Of a stretch of DNA of 64,000 nucleotides, positions 39,320-52,317 are shown one piece after another. The translations under genes were made by a program, and so were the position numbers. Every line of letters begins with the position of its first letter. The first letter of the stretch is position 1. Source of the DNA: Octopus sinensis (lineage: Eukaryota). A model generated the notes under the pieces. The model made no database searches. It was not told the DNA's origin and worked only from the letters and a program-made list of their open reading frames with translations. The DNA lies in contig NC_043009.1 in NCBI RefSeq assembly GCF_006345805.1, forward strand, positions 11,036,001-11,100,000. The letters are read 5' to 3'.

Positions 39320-39544
39320 CTATTTTAGGCACAGGGCCCGAAATTCTTGGGGAGTGTGTGTGGGGGGGGAGGGGCAATCGATTAGATCGACCACCAGTTC
39401 GCAACTGGTACTTAATTTACCAACCCCGAAAGAATGAACGGCAAAGTCAACCTCGGTTGAATTTGAACTCAGAACGTAAAGACGGACGAAATACCTCTAA
39501 GTATTTCGCCCAGCATGCTAACGTGTCTGACAGCTTGCCGCCTT
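39320..39544 (-). mobile_element. Family B SINE, tail 1
   Basis: Core and head motifs as in the other copies. Confidence 0.85.
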
Positions 39545-40079
39545 GTTGTGTTGTTATATTGATCTGATGATGATGTGAAAGGTGACGTCGATTATGACAG
39601 ATTTAAATATAAAATACTGAGAGAAATTTTGTCCGACTTTCAAATAGTTCTGCCTACTCATCAGCCAGTAGTATTGATATTCACAGAGAAAATGAATAAT
39701 AAAATTAGAGAGAGAAGGAGTGTGCCGGATGTAGAGTAGTGAGATTCAATGTTTTATGATGAGGGGATAGTTTTCACTTTATTCAAGAAAGATTAAAATC
39801 AATATGGATGAAATGATTTTCCTTTCAATGCTATTAATAATCCCATTGAGGAGGAATATAAATAGTTAAAAAGCATTGAATAGCTTTTCACTTGATATTA
39901 AACTTAGAAGGGCATGGCGATCGTAGAGGTAAGATCGATTGTGTAAGAAACGGAACTAGTTTCGATTCCAGATTATTGACCCTTTCATTTTAATTTATTT
40001 AAAATAATATTTGGATGATCATGAACGTCATGTGATCTTTTTTTCCTGCTACTCTACATTAATAAGTATATGTCTAAGG

Positions 40080-40304
40080 AAGGCGGTGAGCTGGCAGAGA
40101 CGTTAGCATGCCGGGCGAAATGTTTAGCAGTATTTCGTCTGTCGTTACGTTCTGAGTTCAAATTCCGCCGAGGTCGACTTTGCCTTTCATCCTTTCGGTG
40201 TTGATGAATTAAGTACCAGTTACGCACTGGGGTCGATGTAATCGACTTAACCCGTTTGTCTGTCCTTGTCCCCTCTGTGTTTAGCCCCATGTGGGTAGTA
40301 AAGA
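40080..40304 (+). mobile_element. Young family B SINE (tail 2) with 19-bp TSD, inserted at the head of an older SINE
   Basis: TSD AATAAGTATATGTCTAAGG at 40061-40079 and 40305-40323. Confidence 0.92.
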
Positions 40305-40319
40305 AATAAGTATATGTCT

Positions 40320-40518
40320 AAGGTAGGGAGCTTGCAAAATTGTTAGCACGCCGGGAAAAATGCTTACAGGCATTTCGGCCGTCTTTACGTTCTGAGTTCA
40401 AATTCCGCCGAGGTTTCCTTCTTTCGGGGTAGATAAAATAAGTACCACTTGAAATGAAATCGATTAGCCCTTGAAAGGAAATCGACTTAGCTGGCCTTGT
40501 GATAAAATCTGAAACCAA
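40320..40518 (+). mobile_element. Older family B SINE (tail 1), internally deleted
   Basis: Degenerate head taaggtagggagcttgcaaaattgttagcacgccggg; tail ctggccttgtgataaaatctgaaacc. Confidence 0.8.
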
Positions 40519-40850
40519 AATTTACGTCATAGAAATGTATAATGTCACTTAGAAGGATAGATCAAGAGACGAATATTAGAGACAAACTGCTACCGCAATA
40601 ATTGTGCGATTAATTCTGTATTTCGGATATCAACATCCTGACTGAACTTGTGTATCTAACGTATTCTAGAAAGATTTTACGTTTCTTTGATGCAATATAT
40701 TGACTTTTGCAAGGCAGTAATGTCATTTCGTCAAAATATAAGGCATTGTGACGCATATTTGTCATCGAAAACAGATAAGCAAGAAGATAGGGAAAAACAA
40801 TAATGTATTTAGTACAGAAGTTATATTGTATCAGGCGTGTACACTGCTCT

Positions 40851-41429
40851 CACGACCAAGTTGGGGAATTACAACCGTGTTTCGTGGTCTGCTACCACAA
40901 CAGCTCCTTTATAGGATCCAGTTAGCTCAAGACATCATCAGGAGGAACCACGTCCGGTTTCGGCCCCTACTCCTCTACCGTTTTGACGTGGCGGGGCTAC
41001 CCCTTTCGGAGGTGTCTTCAGCTTTGGTGTTGGGTGCATGTCTTCTTTCTTCTTCTTTCTTCTGTTCCATGGCCTCTTCGATGTATCGTCAGCGAGTGTC
41101 AGCCGGTGACTGACTGACTTGTCAAATTTTTCCCTTTAAATACCTACCGCTAGTCTCCAGCAGGCAGCCCCAGCAAGTTGTCACGTGGCACTGTCTCACC
41201 TTAACTGACCAGTGAAGGCGCGTAGTCTTAGCCCGCGCATTCTCTAAACGACCGTCACCTGTCAGTCAGCGAAGCTGATTCAGTGTCAGCTTGTCTCACC
41301 TAGTGATGTTATTTCCCGCCGGCATGTTATGACGTTCAAGCCATATTTGGTCTTCCCGCTTCAGCCATATATAGAAGCTGGATTTTTCGACCGCCTCCTG
41401 TACTCTCCTTATTAGTTTTCTATTCCGAG
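40851..41429. mobile_element. Unclassified 579-bp GC-richer insertion without TSD
   Basis: Splits a segment (about 40710-40850 plus 41430-41470) that is contiguous in its paralogous copy at about 38429-38608. Confidence 0.55.
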
Positions 41430-41754
41430 CGTGGATTAGGGTTCGATATACATGTGAAATTCCGAAGAGGGCATCCTTGTTTTTCAGATTATGGATATTC
41501 CAGCGTATGACACACTCATTTGGTTTACTTGATAGAACATATTGATAAATTCAAGCTGTGTCTCATCAAAATAAACTATCATAAGTAAAAGCCATGTTGA
41601 ACATCTTCAATCTGTACGGAACTTATACTAATCAGTAAGATGGTTTTGATTTAGAGATTACAAATGTTCACATAAGTCATTATTTTTATATCGCTTCCTT
41701 GATTGTAATATCAATTGCTGGAATTGTTAACTGTACACTTAATTTCTATATAGT

Positions 41755-42139
41755 GGAGTGGAAGCACTCCATCGGTTACGACGACGAGGGTTCCGGTTGA
41801 TCCGATCAACGGAACAGCCTGCTCGTGAAATTAACGTATAAGTGGCTGAGCACTCCACAAACACGTGTACCCTTAACGTAGTTCTCGGTGATATTAAGCG
41901 TGACACAGGGAGTGACAAGGCCGGCCCTTTGAAATACAGGTACAACAGAAACAGGAAGTAAGAGTGAGAGAAAGTTGTGGTGAAAGAGTACAGCAGGGAT
42001 CACCACCATCCCTGCCGGAGCCTCGTGGAGCTTTAGGTGTTTTCGCTCAATAAACACTCACAACGCCCGATCTGGGAATCGAAAACGCGATCCTACGACC
42101 GCGAGTCCGCTGCTCTAACCACTGGGCCATTGCGCCTCC
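41755..42139 (-). mobile_element. Full-length tRNA SINE family A, tail alpha, 10-bp TSD
   Basis: A box TGGCCCAGTGG, B box TTTCGATTCC; TSD TCTATATAGT at 41745-41754 and 42140-42149. Confidence 0.93.
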
Positions 42140-43130
42140 TCTATATAGTAAATTCCTTTTTACTTCGTTAATTCTTTAACTACATTTACTTTTGATAAAT
42201 TTGAAATAGATTTTACGCAATGCCTTCTCAGAATGTCGCATATTTTTAGCCTATTTTAACGTGGATGATGTGGGATTTTATTACAAACGTTTTAAACACG
42301 TGACATACATAAGCATTGAGTTTGTTATAATCCCATCTATGAGTACAACTAAAAGCGCCATTTATGTATCAATGCATCTAGTGCACTCGCTGGGAAGAAT
42401 CTTCGCCTATCCTTTTGATTATTATTTTATTTTTAACATAGAAAAAAACCACGGGAGTTATCCAAAGACAAATAGTACAGCAAGTAGCATATGGCCAGTG
42501 AGTTTACACTAATTATCATCTCTAGACGGCCTGCTAGCCTTTTTCAGACTGCCTGAACCTACACTACCCTACAATGTCACCCCTCTTCTTGTAAAATCTT
42601 GATAAACATACACTAAAAATACCTATTGAAAAATTATTCAGTTTAATGTTAAATTGTTTTTATAATGACTCGACATAAAATAAATGGTAACACTACATCC
42701 AAGCAGACATACATACATACATAGATACATACAGTCATACATACATACGTACATACATACAAACGCATATACACATACATATACGTATATGAAAATTGCT
42801 AGGATTGTTTATTATCTAGAATTAGTAAAATGGTAACAATTTATTCCACGTTTTTAGAAAATATAGACATTGAACGTATCATTAAATCTGACAGGTGAAA
42901 TTAGCAGACATATTCGTTTTCGTTAGATTTCATTAGTCAAACATATACACCTCAGTCTCGTAGACTTAGAATTCACTGTTTTATAAAGAAATACATAGAA
43001 ATTGATGATGTTCATTATAAATATCAGACATATGACCAATAGCAAGTAATTCCAGAATTATTCTGCAATATAAATACATAAATAAAAATGCGCGCGCGCG
43101 TAAATTATTTATATATATATATATTCTTTC

Positions 43131-43688
<558 letters not shown>

Positions 43689-45212
43689 CAAACATCCACA
43701 CTTGCGTCTATGTATATATATATGTGTGTGTATGTGAGTCTGTGTTGTGTGTGTATAGATGTGTTTGTACATATATACTTTTTACTAAAGCTGCAAAATT
43801 CGTTGGAGAGTCGCGATGGAAAACATCACAACTGTCCAACTATATGTATATAGGTCTGTTTTGTTTTGACTAGAATTCGAATATAGTTGAAATTTGAACA
43901 GAATTGCATTTTCTGTAATACTTGCTTTCGCTAGTCATATGAATAAGTTCAAATTATTTCTTTATTTAGACCGTCACATTTTGCTTGTTATGGCAACTTT
44001 TCAACGACAGTATCATTTAGAAATATGACGTCCGTTTCGTTTTGATTAAATAATTTTAGTGGTAGTTTTAGGCGTTTTATTGAAATCAAAAATCATGTTA
44101 ATGTTTCCGTTTTCATTTGTCAATTTTATGACCATTGAGGTCAAAGTCTTTCAGAAAATATGGAAATAACTTCGCCGAGGTGTCTGATGTGAGGATTTTG
44201 GAAGGGATGTTTTTCTTTGTGTTGTATATTGCTATTAATTTAGTATGTATGACTAACAGTCTGAGTTTTTTTAAATGTATTTTTTCAGTACATTGTATTA
44301 ATGTTTTTTTTAGTTTATATTTCTTTTGTATTATCTCTTACAATATTGCGACATTGTTAACTATTGTAGATACATTTGTCTGCACGTGAAAAGTTGTGAT
44401 AGCAGTTATAACTAATATGGTGGAGAGATGAAAATATACATGTTTCATATTGCGTCTGAATTTATAAATTACATTAGTTATCTGAAGACTATTCAACAAC
44501 ACTGCAAGCCATTTTTTGGTTTGTTGTTAATGAATATATATGACCGGTTTTCCAATATATTGTTAATATTTTTTTCTGTTGTAAATAATCCAGTTAGCTT
44601 TTCTATAACCACGGCACACTTGATTCATGAATTATAAAAGTCTAAGTAGTGTTTTTATCGTAATTGGGTGACGTGCCTCTGTTATAAATTCTATATACTC
44701 CATTGAACTTGTTCGGCTATAATTATATAATTTGGTCTACTAAATCGTTTGGTTTTATTTAATGAGTAGCATTTATGTTTATTTCTATTAATTTCTCTCT
44801 TTGCGGAAGGAAATCTAAAAAAGAATATAGTTAATTTAGGATTGTAAAATTAACGTTTTATATTTCGGGGCCTTTTGCTATATCCATACATGTATAGACA
44901 TTCCCTCAATACTGGCCTTATAACCACACACACACACACACACACACACACCACACACACACAACACACACACACACAACACACACACACATAAACACAC
45001 ACAACACACACGCACACGCACAAAACACAAAGACCCGTTTAAATTCAATGACGCACTTTAAACAAGTTAAACGGTTGTTATCGGAGGTCAAATTATTCAT
45101 TGGATACACTATTAAAACCAAATTTGTTTGTTCAAATATTATTGCAGCTCCTTAAATTCTATCTGCAAAGTATAAAATAAGAGCCGGAAGGATGAAAATA
45201 CATTAGATGTAC

Positions 45213-45493
45213 TAGGGTAGCGGACTCGCGGTCGTAGGATCGCTGTTTCGATTCCCAGACCGGGCGTTGTGAGTGTTTATTGAGCGAAAACACCTAAAAG
45301 CTCCACGAGGCTCCGGCAGGGGGTGGTGATCCCTGCTGTACTCTTTCACCACTCTTTCTCTCACTCTTTCTTCTGTTGGACTACTCGCTTAGCCAGCGGG
45401 GTGGCGTCATTCGAAGGCTAAAACAATGCGAACGCATTGTGACCAGCGATGTGTAGCAACATCTGATGGACTGGTCGGTCACGTCACGTGATA
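45213..45493 (+). mobile_element. SINE family A with tail beta
   Basis: Same head and centre as 41755-42139 up to ctctcactctt, then the unrelated tail ctactcgcttagccagcggggtggcgtc...ggtcggtcacgtcacgtgata. Confidence 0.8.
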
Positions 45494-45759
45494 TTATATG
45501 ACAGCAAAATCCATCAATGATAGTATAAATGTCACAATTCCTTACCAATCTGCATCTCCAGACAGGAGGTTGCCTGTGTTGTGTACCGAGTGCAGGATAC
45601 AGACAACTCTCAATAGAGATTTTATCGAGTCCACTAGCAATAAAGACAGACGCTGCTATGTTGAAATATGTCAAACTAGACGTTCTAGTGGTAGATCTCT
45701 GAAGAATAAGGCATTATGTCATAGCTGTGCCAATCTTATGAACTTGTTTGTTCTTTCTC

Positions 45760-46046
45760 GAGCCACGCCTGGCTCATAAGGGCCGGTTTCCCGGTTTCCT
45801 TGGCGTATAGGTTCCCCACATGGATGGGACGCCGGTCCGTCGCAGGTGAGCTGCAAGATGCAGGAGGAAAGAGTGAGAGAAAGTTGTGGCGAAAGAGTTA
45901 GCAGAAGTTCGCCATTACCTTCTGCCGGAGCCGCGTGGAGCTTAGGTGTTTCGCTCATAAGCACACACATCACCCAGTCTGAGATTCGAACGCGCGATCC
46001 CTCGACCACGAGTCCGCTGCCCTAACAACTAGGCCATGTGCCTCCA
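45760..46046 (-). mobile_element. SINE family A-related, tail gamma (Meta-like)
   Basis: Homologous to 35713-36016. Confidence 0.8.
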
Positions 46047-46058
46047 CTAAAAATAAAT

Positions 46059-46304
46059 GCGCCCTTTTAAAGCCTAGCCAGGCTCATAAGGGCCCGGTTT
46101 CCCGGTCTGTATGGCATATGTGTTTCCCAGCTGGATGAGACGCTAGTCCATCGCAGCGTTACTCATTTTTGCCAGCTGAGTGGACTGGAGCAATGGGAAA
46201 TGAAGTGTTTTGCTCAAGAACACAACGCGTCACTCGGTTCAGAAATCGAAACCACAATCTTACGATCATGAAGTTGACACCCTAACCACTAAGCCACACG
46301 CCTC
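46059..46304 (-). mobile_element. tRNA SINE with CORE-like body and tail gamma
   Basis: Sense: head, cgttgtgttcttgagcaaaacacttc, then gcgatggactagcgtctcatccag...gaccgggaaaccgggccc. Confidence 0.8.
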
Positions 46305-46875
46305 TAATATCTTATGAACTGAAAAGAGATATCCAGCTCTGTAGATTACGCTTGCTGTTATAGAGATACACACAAACTGAATAGGGTAGATCCCAAATGG
46401 AGTGTAGGTGTGAGAAAGTGAGCTAGAAAAGTGTTTGAAAAAAACCAAAAAAAAAACCAATTAGAATAGAGCTTCTATATTGTAACGCACTTTAGAAAAG
46501 AGCAGTTAGGGAATGTAATAAAATATCTCAAGTCAGTAAATGGTACCTCCACGATAATTGTACGTAAGAAGATATAACGTATCGTGTAAGGTGCCAAGAA
46601 TAATTTTGTGCACACCATCTCGAATAACAAAGGAAAGGAATCCTGGATAAGAGTCGAAAGCTTCGGAAACTTTTGGAAATAATGAATTGTAACGCAACGC
46701 ATATGTATATTTTGCTCACATGCACTGAATAAACACGATAATCAAAGGAGTAGAGTAATTATAGATATTGCGTTTACATATTCTTATAAGCTGTTACTTA
46801 GACAGGCTTCGAACTGACATTGCTTATGATAAGGATCCAGCCTGAAACATAAGTTTGAATGCAGAGAAGTTAACT

Positions 46876-46907
<32 letters not shown>

Positions 46908-46994
46908 TGTATGTATGTATGTATGTATGTATGTATGTATGTATGCATACATGCATGTATGTATGTATGTGTTGTGTGTATGTATGTATGTATG

Positions 46995-47028
<34 letters not shown>

Positions 47029-47112
47029 TGTATGTATGTATGTATGTATGTATGTATGTATGCATACATGCATGTATGTATGTATGTGTGTGTGTGTATG
47101 TATGTATGTATG

Positions 47113-47146
<34 letters not shown>

Positions 47147-47751
47147 TGTATGCATGCATGCATGTATGCATGTATGTATGTATATATGTTTATATGCATG
47201 TATGTGTGTATGTATATATGTATGTATGTATTATGTATGTATTATGTATGTATGTATGTATGCATGTATGCATGTATGTATGTATATATGTTTATATGCA
47301 TGTATGTGTGTATGTATATATGTATGTATGTATTATGTATGTATTATGTATGTATGTATGCATGCATGTATGCATGTATGTATGTATGCATGTATGTATG
47401 TATGCATGTATGTGTGTATGTATATATGTATGTATGTATGTATTATGTATGCATGCATGTATGCATGTATGTATGTATGTATGTATGCATGTATGTGTGT
47501 ATGTATATATGTATGTATGTATTATGTATGTATTATGTATGTATGTATGTATGCATGCATGTATGCATGTATGTATGTATGCATGTATGTATGTATGCAT
47601 GTATGTGTGTATGTATATATGTATGTATTATGTATGTATTATGTATGCATGCATGTATGCATGTATGTATGTATGTATGTATGCATGCATGCATACATGC
47701 ATGCCTGTATGTATGTATGTATATATGTATGTATGCATGTATGTATGTATG

Positions 47752-47785
<34 letters not shown>

Positions 47786-47967
47786 TGTATGTATGTATGT
47801 ATGCCTGTATGTATGTATGTATGTATGTATGTATGTATGTATGTATGTATGTATGCCTGTATGTATGTATGTATGTATGTATGCATGCATGCATGCATGT
47901 ATGTATGTATGCATGTATGTATGTATGTATGTATGCATGCATGCATGCATGCCTGTATGTATGTATG

Positions 47968-48001
<34 letters not shown>

Positions 48002-48035
48002 TGTATGCATGCATGCATGCATGTATGTATGTATG

Positions 48036-48069
<34 letters not shown>

Positions 48070-48122
48070 TGTATGTATGTATGTATGTATGTATATATGT
48101 ATGTATGTATGTATGTATATAC
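46876..48122. repeat. 1.25-kb (TATG)n/(CATG) tetranucleotide array with higher-order repeats
   Basis: Variant blocks recur at 46945/47062 and 47181/47283. Confidence 0.97.
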
Positions 48123-48373
48123 ATATTTAAAAGCTTTGGTAAAAATTACTTGATACAGTTATAATAATCAGAAAAGCATTTAAAAAAAAAAGAGTTATCA
48201 ACTATTTAAAATGTTCTGAATTATTTAACAAAAAATATTCTATTTCGCAGAATGTCGCTAACATTTGTGGCGTACGTTCATATAAAGGAGTTGAAAAAAC
48301 TCTTTGGATAAATGTTCCATATTTTGAACAAGAATAAGGAGGGCCTAACAAGATTTTAAAAATTATTATATAC

Positions 48374-48545
48374 AGGCGCAGGAGTGGCTGTGTGGTAAGT
48401 AGCCTGCTAACCAACCTCATAGTTTCGGGTTCAGTCCCACTGCATAGCATCTTGGGCAAGTGTCTTCTGCTATAGCCCCGGGCCGACCAATGCCTTGTGG
48501 GTGGATTTGGTAGACGGAAACTGAAAGAAGCCTGTTGTATATATG

Positions 48546-48576
<31 letters not shown>

Positions 48577-48803
48577 ATGTGTTTGTGTGTCGGTGTTTGT
48601 CTCCCTAGCATTGCTTGACAACCGATGCTGGTGTGTTTACGTCCCCGTAACTTAGCGGTTCGGCAAAAGAGACCGATTGAATAAGTACTGGGATTACAAA
48701 GAATAAGTCCCGGGGTCGGTTTGCTCGACTAAAGGCGGTGCTCCAGCATGGCCCCAGTCAAATGACTGAAACAAGTAAAAAGAGTAAAAAGTGTAAAAGA
48801 GTA
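48374..48803 (+). mobile_element. Family C (CORE-like) SINE, full length
   Basis: Same structure as 5005-5409. Confidence 0.92.
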
Positions 48804-48821
48804 ATTCATTAATTGCTCCAC

Positions 48822-49600
48822 TTCACTTTGGAATTGAGTGAAACGGATCTCCCTTTCCTGGATATTCTAATAATTAAAGAAAATGAGACAGTTACAACCG
48901 ATCCGTACTGAGAAATCACTAACATACACCAATATTTATATTACTGATCTTGCCACCCTTCCGATACAACAAGGGACATACCATTCAATATGGCTAGACG
49001 TATATACACAATTGTTACAGGCATCAACAGACGAGAGAAACGACTGGTAGAACTAAATATGTTTCTTCAAAAACGGAAATACCCACAAAAGTTAATAAAT
49101 CATGCAAAAACCAAGGCAAAATAAATCCCGATCTTTGTCTTACGGAGAAACACTCATACTAAGGGTGAAAAGGAAAATAGCAATATAAATATTCCATTTG
49201 TAGTCATCCATATTTCTAGGAACCACAACCATCAAATCTCAAGAGATTTCTAAAGAAGGCAAGATTTATTTCGCAGAAAAGGAAAAAGACAAGTATTAAA
49301 CTCTGGATACCCGCCCTGTGGGATATGTGAAATAATCGAACAAAGAACAATCAAAAGATTCACGGATAGGAAATAACTGAAAGTGAATGCAAGCATGAGC
49401 TGCAAAACAAAACATCTCATCTGCTGTGTCACATGACCGCGATGCAATGAGAATTTAAATGGAGAAAAACGAATAAAACTAACCAATCGTGTAAACGTGA
49501 AGGTACGACAATGCAACATAGAAATGTTACACGGAGTAGACATCTACACGTTTGTCCAAATGGAAAATTTTAGATAATGACGTTTTACAAAATTAAGGAT
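48822..49600 (+). pseudogene. Penelope-like element relic: RT thumb plus GIY-YIG region
   Basis: FTLE...LPFLDILI...TTDPY...HQYL...SCHP...IPFNMARRI...RL.EL...L..RKYP, then CGIC...MSCKTKHLICCVT..RC; contains stops. Confidence 0.88.
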
Positions 49601-49669
49601 GGAAGGTGTCAGTAAGCCATTTAAGAATCACACAAAAGCCGTTCGATTCACTTTAACATTTAAATTTAA

Positions 49670-49720
49670 TTTGTCAAAATATTTTCGTCGCTTTAAGACC
49701 GCGACCTGTTCACTGACAAA
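49670..49720 (-). ncRNA. Minimal hammerhead with G3-C8 covariant core
   Basis: UUUGUCA-GUGAACA-G-GUCGC-GGUCUUAAA-GCGAC-GAAA-AUAUUU^UGACAAA. Confidence 0.6.
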
Positions 49721-49786
49721 AGTTCGTGCTGCCATTTCTTAAATGGCTTGCAAACACTTTCCACGCTGCAATTGTTTTCGTTTCAG

Positions 49787-50028
49787 CACACAATATGAGA
49801 TCAAATCACTTGCTATGCAAGTACATCTCCGTAAAATTAAGAATGAAAATAATCAACTACGGAAGCGAAAGAAGTACACTTCAATAAGAATTCTAAATCA
49901 GAAACTAAACCGGAAATATGTAACACCATTAGAAAAAACAGCTTCCTCTTTGTGCACTATCCCGGAACAGATGTGTTTAATAACGCTAGAAATGAAATAC
50001 ATACTATATACGGACTTCTTCCACAATG
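49787..50028 (+). CDS. Candidate internal coding exon (242 nt), product unknown
   Basis: Acceptor ttgttttcgtttcag|, donor ATG|gtaagt, one frame open end to end (TQYEIKSLAMQVHLRK...YTDFFHN); no recognisable domain. Confidence 0.33.
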
Positions 50029-50803
50029 GTAAGTGACATTCGCTTAATAATCTATCGCATTTATTTTAGATGGGTATTAGACCTATAAGGTCAAAATATT
50101 TATAAATTATAGCTGTCTCCAATCTGAAATTGCACTCCTTTCCTGCAACAATAGATGCTTACTCGTAATAGATACTGTCACATTTATTAACAGTGATATT
50201 AAATAAATAAAATAGTTACCAAATTGGGATGTAATGAGAAAGAAAGAACGAAAAATAAAAGAGAAATTGGAACATTTTGAAGAAACAAAAAGTCAATATT
50301 ACAAAATAAAGGAGGTGACTCTGGCACTAAAGTACAACTGACCAAGATATCAAACTGACATCTGTGTGTCGTTAACCACTCCCTTGCTTCAGGGGAATAT
50401 AAGATAACTTATTTGTGATGAAAACAAATAAGGGAAAGTTCCTGAGACTTTTGAAATGTTGTCAGTAACTGAATCTCAATGGCTTGAGTGAAATTCATTC
50501 AGTGGCAAACTAAAAATTCGTCAAAAAGATTGCATGGAAAATATGACACTGTCAATAGATAACTGTCTTAAGAAAGAGTAGCAATTGTTTTTGTATAAAA
50601 GCACACACAGACGCGCAAAAACAAAAATAAATAAAATAAGAACCACACAACAAATAACAAATCATGCCTCTTCTTCGAAGCAAGCATTTTCGCACACAAA
50701 ATCACTTGGCAAGCTAATGGAACTTCGATATATACACATAACTATATTTAGACGTTGCATATATACATACATATACGCACATGCAGTTACGCTTAGATAT
50801 ATA

Positions 50804-50846
<43 letters not shown>

Positions 50847-51879
50847 TTATATATATATATATGTATAGTATATTATATATATATATATATACATGTATAA
50901 TATATATATATATATATATGTATATACATACATGTATATATGTATATATATTGATGTATATATATATTTATTGAGGTACTTGTTCTGCCTTGGTGTTTAA
51001 TTTATCCTCTTATATGATATGATATAATTATATATATATATACTTCAATATATACATATATACATCAATATATACATATATACATATATATATATATATT
51101 GAGATACTTTTTCTGCCTTGGTGGTTTAATTTATCCTCTTATATGATATAATATAATTTTATATATATATAATTTTTGTATATATATATATATATAAGGC
51201 AAGTAAGAAAACGGAGAGGATAAACAATAGACTAATAGCCAGTAAACATTCAATTACATCTATTTATCAATTGATTACAAACATATGTGTAAGTAGTTCA
51301 AGTAAACGAATGAAATATGCCAATAAATAGATATTGTTGAATGTTTAATGGCTGATGTTTTTCGATTGTTTATTCTCTCCATTTTCGTATTTGTTTTATA
51401 AATCGTGGGTAAATTTTTAATTTGCCCCCCATCCATACTTAATATCCAATTGCTAAATTGCCATGCAATACTAAGCACTTGGTTATAATACGTAAGTACG
51501 CATCCAGTTGTACATTGGATATTAATATCCCTTAGATGGTTTCTTAACCTCTGATGCATACAAAAGCGCGCGCGCACACACACACACACACAAACACAAA
51601 TATATACATACATATATAGTAATTCATAAATACTATGTGTATATTTAGCTGGAGTTTTTGATAGTTTTTGAGGGTATCGGCACTTCAAGCATGCTTTGTG
51701 AGTGGATTTAGTAGACGGAAACTGAAAGAAGCCCGTCAATACTCGTTCTGTATTGGTTTTCATTTTTCCTCTACTATATAAATCAACCTTTAGCTGTGGT
51801 CTTGGAACCTAACGGTCGAACAGCTGTAGCACTTACTCAGCGTACATGCTCGCTTAGATCACAATGAACTAAACCCCTC

Positions 51880-51918
<39 letters not shown>

Positions 51919-52317
51919 TATATATATACATAGATACATACATAGATACATACATAGATACATATATATATATATACATACATATATATAACATATTTAT
52001 TGTTATTTTAATGTTAATATTTCTATATGTAATTTTCCAGATGGTGTAATTTAATTGTTCATTTTGAATTGCTAAAAGGTGTTTTTTTTCTAATTTATAT
52101 ATATGTATTATATTGTGTGAAATTTGATTTAGTACTTCTAAATTGAATTTTTTTTCCTTGTAAGTTTTGGATTTTATTCCCTCAAATATTAATAATTACA
52201 TATATATATGTATATATATATATGTACATATATATATATACTCTTATAATCATAAAAATTTATTTAAATCTGAAGACTTACATTCAAATTATTTCTGAAT
52301 TGTTATAATGAGAATAT

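Noticed and set aside
41806-42057. Similar ORFs at 2005, 41806 and 61044 that look like a small gene family
   Set aside because: All are readings of SINE family A
42070-42139. tRNA-like sequences with A and B boxes
   Set aside because: SINE heads continuous with SINE bodies and flanked by TSDs; not tRNA genes
46855-48164. ORFs of 415-432 aa (MYVC repeats)
   Set aside because: Pure translation of the (TATG)n array; the same applies to the poly-I/L/Y, HT and YI ORFs in the other microsatellites
52200-52260. Left TIR of the Tc1 element
   Set aside because: Only about 6 bp match the right-end candidate; not supportable
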